NCBI GenBank assembly: GCA_044344255.1
Contig: JBIJDH010000011.1
Location: forward strand, 179,491 to 243,490
Direction: 5' to 3'
Source of the DNA: Myxococcota bacterium
GTDB taxonomy: Bacteria; Myxococcota_A; UBA796; UBA2385
Length of the DNA: 64,000 nt
Both the position numbers and the translations under genes were made by a program. The notes below the pieces were generated by a model that was given only the letters and a program-made list of their open reading frames with translations, had not been told where the DNA came from and did not search any database. Each line of letters starts with the position of its first letter. The first letter of the stretch is position 1. Positions 18,106-27,427 of the stretch are shown here, one piece after another.

Positions 18106-19074
18106 ATGAGCCGCCTCACCGCCCTCGCCCTTCCAGCCGCCCTCCTGCTCGCGTGTGGGGCCGATCCCGCCGACAGCGCCGACGCGCTCAACGCCACCGA
18201 CCTCCGCTTCGACGTGCCGGCCATGCCGACGGGCGGCCTCCAGTGGGTGATGCCCGAGGCCTTGATCGAGCCCTACACCGACACCATGGCCTGCTACGTC
18301 GACAGCTACCAGGGTGAGACGGTGGGCGTCAGCGCCATCGAGACCTACCAGGCGCAGGGCTACGGCCACCACGTGCTCTTCTGGACGGGCGAGGTCGACC
18401 CCGACCTCTACCCCGACGGCTCGGTCTTCGATTGCACCGACCCCCGCACCATGTCGGCCTTCCTGCCCTTCTTCATCGTGCAGCCCGACCGCGAGGCCGA
18501 TGGCGCGACCATCGCGTCGGCCAAGCTCCCCGAAGGGATGGGCATCGGCCTCGACTCCGGCACCCGCTTCATCATCCAGATGCACTACCTCAACACCACC
18601 GGCGAGACGCTGCGCGTCCGCGACGTGGTGAACTTCTCGGTGATGCCGGAGTCGTCGGTGGAGGTCTGGGCCGCGCCCTGGGGCCACGGCATCACGAGCA
18701 TGCCCCTGCCGCCCGGCGAGGAGACCACCATCGCCTTTGACTGCGACTGGCCCTCCGACGTCAACCTCCTCAACGTCTTCGGTCACATGCACCAGTACGG
18801 GACGAAGCTCAGCCTCGACCACACGAACGAGGCCGGCACCTCCCGCCTGTACGACGTCCCCACCTGGACGGCCGAGTACCGCGACACGCCCCCCGCCACC
18901 AACTTCGACCTGCCCGGCTACCCGGTGAAGGCGGGCGACGTGTTCCGCACCTCCTGCACCTGGTTCAACGACACCGACCGCACCCTCGACTACCCCGACG
19001 AGATGTGCGCCACGACGGGCATCGCCTACCCCTCCCGGGTCTCGATGTACTGCAACCCGCGGCCGGTCGAATAG
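18106..19074 (+). CDS. copper type II ascorbate-dependent monooxygenase-like lipoprotein (PHM/DBH family)
   Basis: CuH ligands GHHV and QMHY, CuM ligands GHMH and DEMC; lipobox LLAC. Confidence 0.82.
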   Translation: MSRLTALALPAALLLACGADPADSADALNATDLRFDVPAMPTGGLQWVMPEALIEPYTDTMACYVDSYQGETVGVSAIETYQAQGYGHHVLFWTGEVDPDLYPDGSVFDCTDPRTMSAFLPFFIVQPDREADGATIASAKLPEGMGIGLDSGTRFIIQMHYLNTTGETLRVRDVVNFSVMPESSVEVWAAPWGHGITSMPLPPGEETTIAFDCDWPSDVNLLNVFGHMHQYGTKLSLDHTNEAGTSRLYDVPTWTAEYRDTPPATNFDLPGYPVKAGDVFRTSCTWFNDTDRTLDYPDEMCATTGIAYPSRVSMYCNPRPVE

Positions 19075-19113
19075 GCCACGCGGCCGGACAGGCGGGGCCC
19101 TTCGACGTGTCGC

Positions 19114-19734
19114 TCAGCGCTGGAGGATGCCCGCCTTGACCATGCGGACAGCCTCGCGGAGGCGGCGCCGGCGCCAGGCCTCGGCGTCCACCCCCGGCGG
19201 CCAGGCGTCCGGCCCCTGGTGGAGCAGGGCGATGGTGCCGAGCAGCAGGGTGCCGACCCCGATGAGGAAGGCCTCCGGGTCAGCCGCGGGGTCAAAGAGG
19301 CCCTCCCGCTGCCGGAGCCGGAGGAAGTCAGCGCCCACCTGCATCCAGGGGCGGACGTCGCTCGTCACCCGCGCGCCGAGGGGGGAGCCCTCGGTGACGA
19401 GGTCGAGCAGGGCGACCCGCGCGATGTCAGCGTGGAGCGTGAGGAAGGTGATGAGCTCCTCGACGGCGGTGTCGACGCGGTCACCGTCGCTCGAGATGAT
19501 GTCGAGCACGCGCGGCAGCACCTCGCCCCACACGCGCCCCATCTGCTCGACCACCGACCGGCGGAGCTCCTCCTTGGAGGGGAAGTGGTAGAGCAGGAGC
19601 TGCTTGCTGATGCCCACGGCCTCGGCCACCTGCTGGACCGTGGTGCCCGAGAAGCCCTGCTGCGCGAAGAGCCGCAGCGCAGCAGCCCGAATCTGCTCTC
19701 GCAGCGCCTCTGTGTCATGTCGCCGAGTGATCAA
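19114..19734 (-). CDS. TetR/AcrR family transcriptional regulator
   Basis: IRAAALRLFAQQGFSGTTVQQVAEAVGISKQLLLYHFPSKEEL HTH; start approximate. Confidence 0.9.
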   Translation of the reverse strand: MITRRHDTEALREQIRAAALRLFAQQGFSGTTVQQVAEAVGISKQLLLYHFPSKEELRRSVVEQMGRVWGEVLPRVLDIISSDGDRVDTAVEELITFLTLHADIARVALLDLVTEGSPLGARVTSDVRPWMQVGADFLRLRQREGLFDPAADPEAFLIGVGTLLLGTIALLHQGPDAWPPGVDAEAWRRRRLREAVRMVKAGILQR

Positions 19735-19816
19735 GCCGACCCCTTCCGGCCTCGGAGGTAACCCGCCTCCTCCCAACCCTCACCTCGCCGGCCTGCGCGG
19801 GGTCAGCCGAGCGGGC

Positions 19817-20368
19817 TCAGAGGCACTTGTAGAGGATGGGGTCCTCCCCGAGCTCCACGTCGAAGGGGAAGGTGTCCGAGGGGGCGTCGTCCATGAAGAA
19901 GAGGCCGTGGATCACGGTCCCGGCGACGGTGCCCTCGATCGTGGCGGCGTAGACCGGCGGATCCATGCCGGTGTCGGGCACCGGGCCCCCCTCTCGCACG
20001 AGGGCGATGGAGAGGGTGAGCGCACCCGCCTCGCCGAGCGTGATCGGGCCGGCCACGTCTCCGTGGGCGCAGTCCCCCTCGAGGAAGGCCGACGCGTCGT
20101 CGTCCACGCGGAGCATCCAGTGCTCGCCGCCCCAGGTGCCCGCGGGGAGGGTGGTGTCGGCGTCACTGTCGGCGTCGCTGTCGGCGTCGCTGTCCCCATC
20201 TGCGTCGCTGTCGGCGTCGGCGTCGGTGTCCGCGTCCGCCTCACCGTCCGGGTCACCGTCCTTGGCCTCCGGCGCGCAGGAGAGGAGGCCGAGACCGAGA
20301 CCAAGGCCGAGGAACCCCGAGAGGGCCAGGGGCCCGGCGCGCCAGGGATGGCCGTGGGACAGGTTCAT
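19817..20368 (-). CDS. hypothetical lipoprotein with DADSDA linker
   Basis: Lipobox LLSC, acidic repeat, GTWGGEH...DCAHG domain. Confidence 0.65.
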   Translation of the reverse strand: MNLSHGHPWRAGPLALSGFLGLGLGLGLLSCAPEAKDGDPDGEADADTDADADSDADGDSDADSDADSDADTTLPAGTWGGEHWMLRVDDDASAFLEGDCAHGDVAGPITLGEAGALTLSIALVREGGPVPDTGMDPPVYAATIEGTVAGTVIHGLFFMDDAPSDTFPFDVELGEDPILYKCL

Positions 20369-20423
20369 GAGGGACCTCCGAGAGGGGACATCTGCACGGC
20401 GCCACACCCCCGCGGGAGCGAGG

Positions 20424-21089
20424 TCACTGGACGTACAGGGTGCCGAACCAACTGTTGGTCATGTAGTAATAAACACCATATCCGTAGGGATCATAGGTGA
20501 GCGAAAGCTGGTCGATGTAGCCGGACGAGAAGCTGACGGCGGTCCCATCGTCGTAGGCGTACCAGAGCGGCACCCATTGGGCCCCGTAGGAGTAGTAATA
20601 CCAGAGGATCTCGTAGCTGCCGTAGTAGTCGGCGTCATAGCCGAAGGCGTAGAAAGTGTCGCCGCCGCCACAGCCACCGGGGTCGGTGGAGCCGGACTCG
20701 TCGTAGTCGAGGGCGATCTCGAAGGCCCACTCGCAGTCCGCGCAGGTGTAGGTGGGTGAGGTCGAGCTCAGGCTCCAGTAGAGGGCGCAGTCATAGTCGT
20801 AGGGGACCGGGGAGGAGCCCTGCAGGTAGGTCATCCAGCCCCACAGCTCGGTATACTCGCCTTCACCCTCGCCTTCGCCTTCACCCTCGCCCTCGCCTTC
20901 ACCTTCGCCCTCACCTTCACCCTCGCCCTCGCCTTCCCCACCATCGCCGCCGTCCGATCCGTCGGAGCCGTCCGTGCCATCGGAGCCGTCCGCATCCTCC
21001 CCCTCCTGCCCACCGTCAAAGGCGGCCTTCTCGAAGAGGTGACAGGCCGGGAGCGCCAAGCTCAGCCAGATCCAAGAGATTGGACGCAT
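20424..21089 (-). CDS. hypothetical lipoprotein with (EG)n linker and Tyr-rich C-terminal domain
   Basis: Lipobox LPAC; DGS repeats and about 13 EG repeats; CADCEWAF. Confidence 0.7.
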   Translation of the reverse strand: MRPISWIWLSLALPACHLFEKAAFDGGQEGEDADGSDGTDGSDGSDGGDGGEGEGEGEGEGEGEGEGEGEGEGEGEGEYTELWGWMTYLQGSSPVPYDYDCALYWSLSSTSPTYTCADCEWAFEIALDYDESGSTDPGGCGGGDTFYAFGYDADYYGSYEILWYYYSYGAQWVPLWYAYDDGTAVSFSSGYIDQLSLTYDPYGYGVYYYMTNSWFGTLYVQ

Positions 21090-21112
21090 ACCGGACTCCG
21101 TGGCGCCGAAGC

Positions 21113-21652
21113 TCAGGATCCGACCCGGACCAGCGAGAAGGGCCCACCCGCACCGTAGTAGGTGCAGCGACCCTCCATCGCATCATCCCCGAGCATCGCC
21201 CCGCCCGCCGTGATGTTGATCATGATCGAGCCGGAGTCGCAGACGAAGCGGAGGCTGATGTCGGGGTCGGTGTAGCGCCCCACCACCCGCCCGGTGCAGG
21301 CGTAGGTGTAGCCGTAGGAGTCGAAGGTCAGCCGCATGTCGCCGGTGATCGCGCCGTCGGTGACATCATTGACCGTCGCGAAGAGGTTGAGCGTGATCGC
21401 GTAGGCGGTCAGCTCACAGCTCCCTTGCCAGTCACCGAGCAGCTCTTCCGGGTTGGCGTTGCCGCTGTCGGTGCCGGGGGTGTCGGTGTCTACGCCCTTA
21501 CACTGACCATAGAGGCACTCGCTCTGCGGCGCGTCCTCTTCGTCGTCTCGCGGATCTCGAGCGCCATGCCAGCAGGAGACCGACAGCAGCGCGGCCACGG
21601 CGACGAAGGCCGAGCGGGCCGCGACGATGGGGGTTTGATTGGCTGCAGTCAT
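21113..21652 (-). CDS. hypothetical lipoprotein
   Basis: ATG 21652, hydrophobic signal ending SVSC, LGDWQGSC beta-domain. Confidence 0.55.
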   Translation of the reverse strand: MTAANQTPIVAARSAFVAVAALLSVSCWHGARDPRDDEEDAPQSECLYGQCKGVDTDTPGTDSGNANPEELLGDWQGSCELTAYAITLNLFATVNDVTDGAITGDMRLTFDSYGYTYACTGRVVGRYTDPDISLRFVCDSGSIMINITAGGAMLGDDAMEGRCTYYGAGGPFSLVRVGS

Positions 21653-21725
21653 GGGCCCGAACGCTCCGCCTCGAGGATCATCCCAGCGTAGCCGATACCG
21701 AGCCGGGCCGCCTCGCCCGCCTCGC

Positions 21726-22238
21726 TCAGCCGCAGTCGAGGGTGTCGCCGCAGACGGCGGTGACGAACGAGCCGGCGACGACGTTCGCGTCATCAAAGGT
21801 GAGCTCGTACTGGCCGCGGAGCTCGCTGCTGTTGGCGCTCGTGATCGTCAGCTCGATCAGGGCCGCGTACAGGGGCTCGGTGAGGTCACCCCCGGGGAAG
21901 AGCAGGGCTTCTCCGTACCCATCAGCCATGCCGAAGCTGTACATCGCGCCGGTGGTGGGCGGGATCTCCTCCTCCTGCCAGAGCGAGATCCGGATCCAGT
22001 CGTGGGCGGGGGGCGCCGCGTCGCAGACGCTGGAGTCGAGGCCGATGAGGATGTCCCAGCCCGCGGTGTCGAAGGGGCTGCAGGACGCGGAGGTGGTGCC
22101 GTCCTCAGAGCCGCCACCCCCGCCCCCGCCGTCGTCGAGCTTGCCCACGCCGACGCCGGTGTCGCCGGTGAGGTGGCAGCCGCCCAGGAGGCTGGCCGAC
22201 ACGAAGACGAGCGGGCGAAGAGACACGAACATCAGCAC
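21726..22238 (-). CDS. hypothetical lipoprotein
   Basis: Lipobox LGGC, poly-Gly linker; overlaps the gatA stop. Confidence 0.55.
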   Translation of the reverse strand: MLMFVSLRPLVFVSASLLGGCHLTGDTGVGVGKLDDGGGGGGGSEDGTTSASCSPFDTAGWDILIGLDSSVCDAAPPAHDWIRISLWQEEEIPPTTGAMYSFGMADGYGEALLFPGGDLTEPLYAALIELTITSANSSELRGQYELTFDDANVVAGSFVTAVCGDTLDCG

Positions 22239-23689
22239 CTCGGTGAGATGAACCCCGGGGAGGACCGCGGAGAGAAGAGCCCGCGGTCTGCCTCGATGGC
22301 AGCGGCGAGCGCGAAGGCCGTCCCCTCTTCGAATCGGCGGGCCCAGAGCTGCGCCCCGACCGGGAGCCCCTCGGAGAGGCCGGCCGGCACGCTCAAGGCG
22401 ACGTGACCGGTGAGGGAGGCCGGGGCGGTGAAGATGTCGGAGAGGTACATCGACAGGGGGTCGGTCATCCGCTCCCCGAGGCGGAAGGCCACGGTGGGGG
22501 AGGTGGGGGTGAGCAGGGCGTCGACCCGGGTGAAGACCGCGTCGAGCTCAGCCGACATCCGCTCCCGGACCCCCTGGGCGCGCTGGTAGTAGGCCTCGGC
22601 GTAGCCGGCTGAGAGCACGAAGGTGCCGAGCAGGATGCGCCGCTGGACCTCCGCGCCGAAGCGGGCAGAGCGGGTGCGGATGTAGAGCTCTGCGAGCTCG
22701 TCGGCCTCCTCCCGCGGTCCGTAGCGGACGCCGTCGAAGCGGGCGAGGTTGCTCGAGGCCTCGGCCCCGGTGACCACCTGGTACACCGCGATGGCGAGGG
22801 GCAGCGAGGGGACCGACACCGCCTGCACCCGGGCGCCCTGCGCCCGCAGGGCCTCCACCGCCGCCTCCACCGCCGCGCGGACGCCGGGCTCGATGCCCTC
22901 GCCCCAGCACTCGACGGGCAGGCCGATCCGGAGGCCGGCGACGGGGCGCTCGCAGGCGGCGAGCAGGCCGGCGGGGTCGAGCCGCGCGGTGGTGCCATCG
23001 CGCGGGTCAACCCCAGAGATGACCTCGGTGAGCAGCGCACAGTCGCGGACCGTGCTCCCGAAGGGGCCCAGCTGATCGGTGGAGGAGGCGAAGGCCACGA
23101 GGCCCGACCGGCTGATCCGCCCGTACGTGGGCTTGAGGCCGACCACCCCGCAGAGGCTGGCAGGCTGCCGCACCGATCCCCCCGTCTCCGAGCCGAGGGC
23201 GATCGGACAGACCTGAGCCGCCACCGCCACCGCCGAGCCCCCCGATGAGCCGCCCGGGACCCTGGACGGATCCCATGGGTTCTTCGCCGGAAAGTAGGCG
23301 GAGTTCTCCGTGGAGGAGCCCATGGCGAACTCGTCCATGTTGGTGCGCCCGATCGGCACCGCGCCGGCCGCCCGCAAGCGAGACACGGCGGTGGCCGTGT
23401 AGGGGGCGCGGTAGCCCTCGAGCATCCGGGAGGCGCAGCCAAGGGGCTCGCCGGCGTCGGCGATGTTGTCCTTGAGGGCGACCGGCACCCCTGCGAGGGG
23501 GCCGGGATCACGCCCTGCGACCACGAGGGCGTCTACCGCCTGCGCGTCGGCCAGGGCGCGCTCGGCCTGGAGGTGCAGGAAGGCGCCGAGCCCAGCGGCG
23601 GCCTCGGCCCGAGCCAGGGCCTCCGTGACCACCGACACTGCGCTCCGCTCACCGGCGCGCACCGCGGCGGCGAGGGTCAGGGCGCTCAC
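22232..23689 (-). CDS. gatA: Asp-tRNA(Asn)/Glu-tRNA(Gln) amidotransferase subunit A
   Basis: GVPVALKDNI, TNMDEFAMGSSTENS, PGGSSGGS, ETGGSVRQPA, SSNLARFDGVRYG, RRILLGTFVLSAGY. Confidence 0.95.
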   Translation of the reverse strand: MSALTLAAAVRAGERSAVSVVTEALARAEAAAGLGAFLHLQAERALADAQAVDALVVAGRDPGPLAGVPVALKDNIADAGEPLGCASRMLEGYRAPYTATAVSRLRAAGAVPIGRTNMDEFAMGSSTENSAYFPAKNPWDPSRVPGGSSGGSAVAVAAQVCPIALGSETGGSVRQPASLCGVVGLKPTYGRISRSGLVAFASSTDQLGPFGSTVRDCALLTEVISGVDPRDGTTARLDPAGLLAACERPVAGLRIGLPVECWGEGIEPGVRAAVEAAVEALRAQGARVQAVSVPSLPLAIAVYQVVTGAEASSNLARFDGVRYGPREEADELAELYIRTRSARFGAEVQRRILLGTFVLSAGYAEAYYQRAQGVRERMSAELDAVFTRVDALLTPTSPTVAFRLGERMTDPLSMYLSDIFTAPASLTGHVALSVPAGLSEGLPVGAQLWARRFEEGTAFALAAAIEADRGLFSPRSSPGFISPRC

Positions 23690-24003
23690 TCTCCCACCAC
23701 GACCGGGACGCGCACCTCGTCTCCCTGCCGATCGGCGGCGAGCGCGATGAGCGCCGCACCGTGGGGGAGCTCGGGGTGGTCGGGCCGGGGCCGCAGCGGC
23801 GGCAGCGTGGCGGCCAGGGAGGCGCCGGTCGCGGCGTCAAAGAGGCGCTGACGGCCCTCTCCGGGGAGGAGCCCCACCCGGCTGAGCTGATCGATGTAGC
23901 CCACGATGCCCGCAAGATCAGCCACGAGGGCCTCTTCGCGGTCCGACTCCACCCGCAGCCGGGCGAGGCCGGCCACCTTGCGGAGCAGGGCGACGTCGAT
24001 CAC
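23686..24003 (-). CDS. gatC: Asp-tRNA(Asn)/Glu-tRNA(Gln) amidotransferase subunit C
   Basis: KVAGLARL...DLAGIVGYIDQL...LRPRPD...VPVVV; overlaps the gatA start. Confidence 0.85.
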   Translation of the reverse strand: MIDVALLRKVAGLARLRVESDREEALVADLAGIVGYIDQLSRVGLLPGEGRQRLFDAATGASLAATLPPLRPRPDHPELPHGAALIALAADRQGDEVRVPVVVGE

Positions 24004-24007
24004 CGGC

Positions 24008-24328
24008 TCACTTCCGCTTCGAAAAGCTGAACAGCTCGCCGAGGGTGGCGACGAAGCCGGACTGATCGGGGCCCGCGATCTTCTCGAGCTCGCCCGCGTC
24101 GAGCAGGACGGCGCCGCACGCAGGGCAGACCTCGATCTCCACCCCCTTGAAGAGCTGCGTGTCCATCTTGCTGCCGCACTTGCCGCAGTGGAGGTGGTGC
24201 AGGGCCTTGAGGGCCGCCTTCTCTTCCGCGACCTTCCTGGCCTCTTCAGCCGCTCGGATCTTGTTAATCTTCTCCTGCTCTTCCCGGAAGAAGTGCTGGT
24301 CCTCGAGATCTACACCCTTCGTGGTCAT
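24008..24328 (-). CDS. zf-TFIIB-like zinc-ribbon protein
   Basis: EDQHFFREEQEK, CGKCGSKM...EVCPACGAVLLDAGELEKI. Confidence 0.8.
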   Translation of the reverse strand: MTTKGVDLEDQHFFREEQEKINKIRAAEEARKVAEEKAALKALHHLHCGKCGSKMDTQLFKGVEIEVCPACGAVLLDAGELEKIAGPDQSGFVATLGELFSFSKRK

Positions 24329-24357
24329 GTCGAGCCTCCTGGCAACGGACGACAGTT

Positions 24358-25731
24358 CTACCCGATGAGGCCGCGTGCGCGCCACTGGTCGAGGAAGGCG
24401 GAGCGAGCCGCGACCACGTCCGGGAACCGCACCGCGTGGCCCTGATCGCGGGCCAGCAAAGCGAGCTTGAGCAGGTGGTCGGGCGCAGCCCCGTAGAAGC
24501 ACTCGTCGGGGACCTCATCCTCCGAGAAGGCGAAGCCCGGGAGGGCCACCGGTGGCCGAGGGGCGTTGTCGGCCATGGCGTCCAGGTCGAGGGCGAGGCC
24601 GATCGAATTCGCCGCCTGGAGGCGCTTGTTCCAAGGCTCGATGCCAAAGCGCTCACAGACGTACTTGATCCAGCTCGTGTGATCGTAGACGGTGTGGTCT
24701 ACCCCCGCCTTGACGTAGGGGCCAATGAGCAGGGTGGGTACACGAAAGCCGAGCTGATCGAAGCCCTCTGCGGCGAGGTCGTCGTCGGTGGTGGGCGGCG
24801 CCACGTGATCGAAGAAGCCGCCGTGCTCATCGTAGAGGAGCACGATGAGGCACTTGTCCCAATAGGGAGAGGCGGCGAGGGTCTCGTAGATCCCGGCGAT
24901 GAAGAGCTCACCGAGGCCGACATGGTGCGGAGGGTGGTTGTCATTATACGCGAAGCCAGGGTCAATCCAGACGACAGACGGGAGGGTCCCCCCGCTGACA
25001 TGACCGGCGAATTCCTCCACCATAAACACCGTATCGTCGGTCCAATGGTCAGCCAACAAACCGATGAAGGGCAGGTCTGTATAATAATAACCCCAGGATA
25101 CCCCAGCCTCCTCGAGAGCCTTCCACACGGAACGATTGGTGAACAGCGTGCCGGCCGGGAAGGAGTTGTCGATCTTGCCGTCGCTCGTCGCGAGGTGGGC
25201 CATCAGCCGATTCGGCCAGGTGGGGCCCATGATCGAGCAGAACCAGCGGTCGCAGACGGTGTAGGCGTCGGCCAGGGCCCAGGTGATGGGCACGTCGTCA
25301 CGGGTGAGGTACTGCATCGCCCCATGCCCCGCATTGGGGGCGCCGCGAGCGCCGTACTCGATGACGAAGCCCTGGTTGGTGCCCTCGGAGAACTGCCGGT
25401 GCGAGGACTCCCAGCCGTGGGGAGGGTCGTAGATACAGACCTCGTCCGAGGCGTAGGGGGTGACGAGGGCCCCGGAGGCGTCTGGGTTGCTCATGTCGGC
25501 GGTGAGGCCGTCTTCGTCGGCCTTGCCCTCCGTGAGCTTCCTCGCCCCCAGGAAGTGATTGAAGGAGCGGTTCTCCATCATGATCACGATGACATGGTCA
25601 ATGGAGCCGACCTCCGCCGTCTCACCGCCCGCGGCCGCCGGGCCGCCCTTGGGCCGGCAGGCCGAGGCGGCGACAGCAGCGGTCACCTGGGCCCCCGCTT
25701 GTAGGGCAGCACGTCGGGTGAAACGGGGCAT
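24358..25731 (-). CDS. Tat-exported phosphoesterase / phospholipase C (alkaline phosphatase superfamily)
   Basis: TRRAAL Tat motif, IDHVIVIMMENRSFNH, GPTWPNR, YDEHGGFFDHV, GFRVP, YDHTS. Confidence 0.9.
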   Translation of the reverse strand: MPRFTRRAALQAGAQVTAAVAASACRPKGGPAAAGGETAEVGSIDHVIVIMMENRSFNHFLGARKLTEGKADEDGLTADMSNPDASGALVTPYASDEVCIYDPPHGWESSHRQFSEGTNQGFVIEYGARGAPNAGHGAMQYLTRDDVPITWALADAYTVCDRWFCSIMGPTWPNRLMAHLATSDGKIDNSFPAGTLFTNRSVWKALEEAGVSWGYYYTDLPFIGLLADHWTDDTVFMVEEFAGHVSGGTLPSVVWIDPGFAYNDNHPPHHVGLGELFIAGIYETLAASPYWDKCLIVLLYDEHGGFFDHVAPPTTDDDLAAEGFDQLGFRVPTLLIGPYVKAGVDHTVYDHTSWIKYVCERFGIEPWNKRLQAANSIGLALDLDAMADNAPRPPVALPGFAFSEDEVPDECFYGAAPDHLLKLALLARDQGHAVRFPDVVAARSAFLDQWRARGLIG

Positions 25732-25788
25732 GGTCGCCTCCCAGTGGGGCGCGGAGGATATCCGCGCCGGACCGGAGAGTCGACCCGC

Positions 25789-26076
25789 TCAGCTCGCGAC
25801 GACGCGGCGCCGAGCCTCCATGTGCTCGCGGACCAGCGGACCGGTCTCCAAAGTCTGGCCGTAGACCCCCGGCTCGTCGGTCAAGAGCAGCACACCCGAG
25901 CTCAGCCACTGGCCGAGGGTGGTCCAGCTCACGCCCAGGCGCTCGAGGTCAGCGGCGGCGATGGTGGGCATCACCACCCCCGCGGCGGCCGCGCCGCTCT
26001 CCGCCGAGCTGGCCCGCCCAGCCCTGGACTTCCGCGTAGATGATGCTTTCGCTGGTAACTTTTTAGCTGTGGTCAC
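25789..26076 (-). CDS. small hypothetical protein with basic N-terminus
   Basis: GTG 26076 (VTTAKKLPAKASSTRKSR...); protein-like C-terminal part; start uncertain. Confidence 0.4.
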   Translation of the reverse strand: MTTAKKLPAKASSTRKSRAGRASSAESGAAAAGVVMPTIAAADLERLGVSWTTLGQWLSSGVLLLTDEPGVYGQTLETGPLVREHMEARRRVVAS

Positions 26077-26240
26077 GTTCGGATCCAGGGTTCGGGTTGG
26101 CTCGTGTGGGGGTCGCAGGTGAGGGAGCGGGCGATTGGGCAGGGCTCTTGGAGCACGCCAGCGGGAGACTATTCCGAGGCGACGCGGGTGGGAATGGCGG
26201 CGCCGCATCGAGGGGGCCTGCCACTCTGATAGAGTTGAAT

Positions 26241-26300
26241 CAAAGGTACATAAATCACAGATATATCGAACACAGATATATCGATCACCTACATTAATCA
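26241..26300. repeat. AT-rich 15-bp-period direct repeat with GATATATC palindromes
   Basis: cacagatatatcgaa (26256-26270) cacagatatatcgat (26271-26285), flanked by degenerate units. Confidence 0.75.
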
Positions 26301-27427
26301 CAGAGACGGCTGCCCACTCGCCCGAGGCTCTCGAGGTCGTGCACCTCGGTCTCGAGCCGCGGGACGCTCCACAGGGTCTGGTCGCGGCGGAGCAGCCGGG
26401 AGAGCGGCACCACGAGGCCCTCCTCGATGATCGCCAGCTCCCGGAGCCGGCGGTGGGCCGAGCCCAGGCGCGCGAGGAGCCGGGCGTCGGTCTGCGCGGG
26501 GAGGCCCCCGGCGGCGGAGGCGACGAAGGGGCCGAGCTCGGCGGAGGCGTCGGCGGGGAGGCCCTTGACGACGTGCCGCTGGTTGACGATGAGGCCGGGG
26601 TTGTTCATCTTGCGCCCGCGCAGCTCATCGAGAAAGAAGCGGGCGACCTCAATGGAGGGCTCGTTCGGCGCACAGACGATGACGAAGGCGGTCCGGTGGT
26701 CGTGGAAGAGCTTGACCACCGCCTCGTGGCGCTCGCGAAACCCATCGTAGAGGTCTCGAAAGGCGACGAAGAACTCTGTGAGTTCGCGGAGGAACTCCTC
26801 TCCGAATATGTACGAGAGCAGCTTCATCACGACGGAGCTCGTCCCCGCGAGGATGCGCCCGAGCATCCGGGACTCCTGCGGCGGGGAGTCGAGGAACCAC
26901 TTCATCACCTTCTTGTCGAGGAAGCGGGCGAGGCGACCCGGGCTCTCGAGGAAGTCGAGGGCGTTCTTCACCGGCGGGGTGTCGAGGATGACGAGATCAT
27001 AGCGGCCGGAGAGCACGACGTCGTGCAGCTTCTCGGTCGCCATGTAGTCCTGGGACCCCGCGATGTTGTCGGCGATGGCCCGGTAGATACGATTGGTGAG
27101 GATGCCGTCGCGGGTGCCAGGGTCCGGCGCCAGCCGCCCGATGAGATCGTCGAAGGTCTTTCGATTGTCGAGCATCATCGCCCACAGCTCGCCCTTGGCA
27201 TCGGGGAGGGCGCTGAGGTCGATCCGAGACTCATCGTTGCCGAAGCGCTTGAGGCCGAGCGAATTCGCCAGTCTACGGGCGGGGTCGATCGTGAGGACGA
27301 GCACCCGCTTGCCGTCACGGGCGGCGCGCAGGCCGAGCGCCGCGCTGGTGGTGGTCTTGCCGACGCCGCCGGAGCCGACGCAGATGACGAGCTTGCTCGA
27401 CTGGAGGAGCGTTCCGAGGCTGTTCAT
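26294..27427 (-). CDS. ArsA/Get3-family ATPase
   Basis: GSGGVGKTT, TIDPARRLA, YDLVILDTPP. Confidence 0.9.
   Translation of the reverse strand: MNSLGTLLQSSKLVICVGSGGVGKTTTSAALGLRAARDGKRVLVLTIDPARRLANSLGLKRFGNDESRIDLSALPDAKGELWAMMLDNRKTFDDLIGRLAPDPGTRDGILTNRIYRAIADNIAGSQDYMATEKLHDVVLSGRYDLVILDTPPVKNALDFLESPGRLARFLDKKVMKWFLDSPPQESRMLGRILAGTSSVVMKLLSYIFGEEFLRELTEFFVAFRDLYDGFRERHEAVVKLFHDHRTAFVIVCAPNEPSIEVARFFLDELRGRKMNNPGLIVNQRHVVKGLPADASAELGPFVASAAGGLPAQTDARLLARLGSAHRRLRELAIIEEGLVVPLSRLLRRDQTLWSVPRLETEVHDLESLGRVGSRLCD

Noticed and set aside
26225..26300. dif site or tRNA in the AT-rich patch
   Set aside because: No XerC/XerD arm match (no TTATGTTAAA) and no cloverleaf
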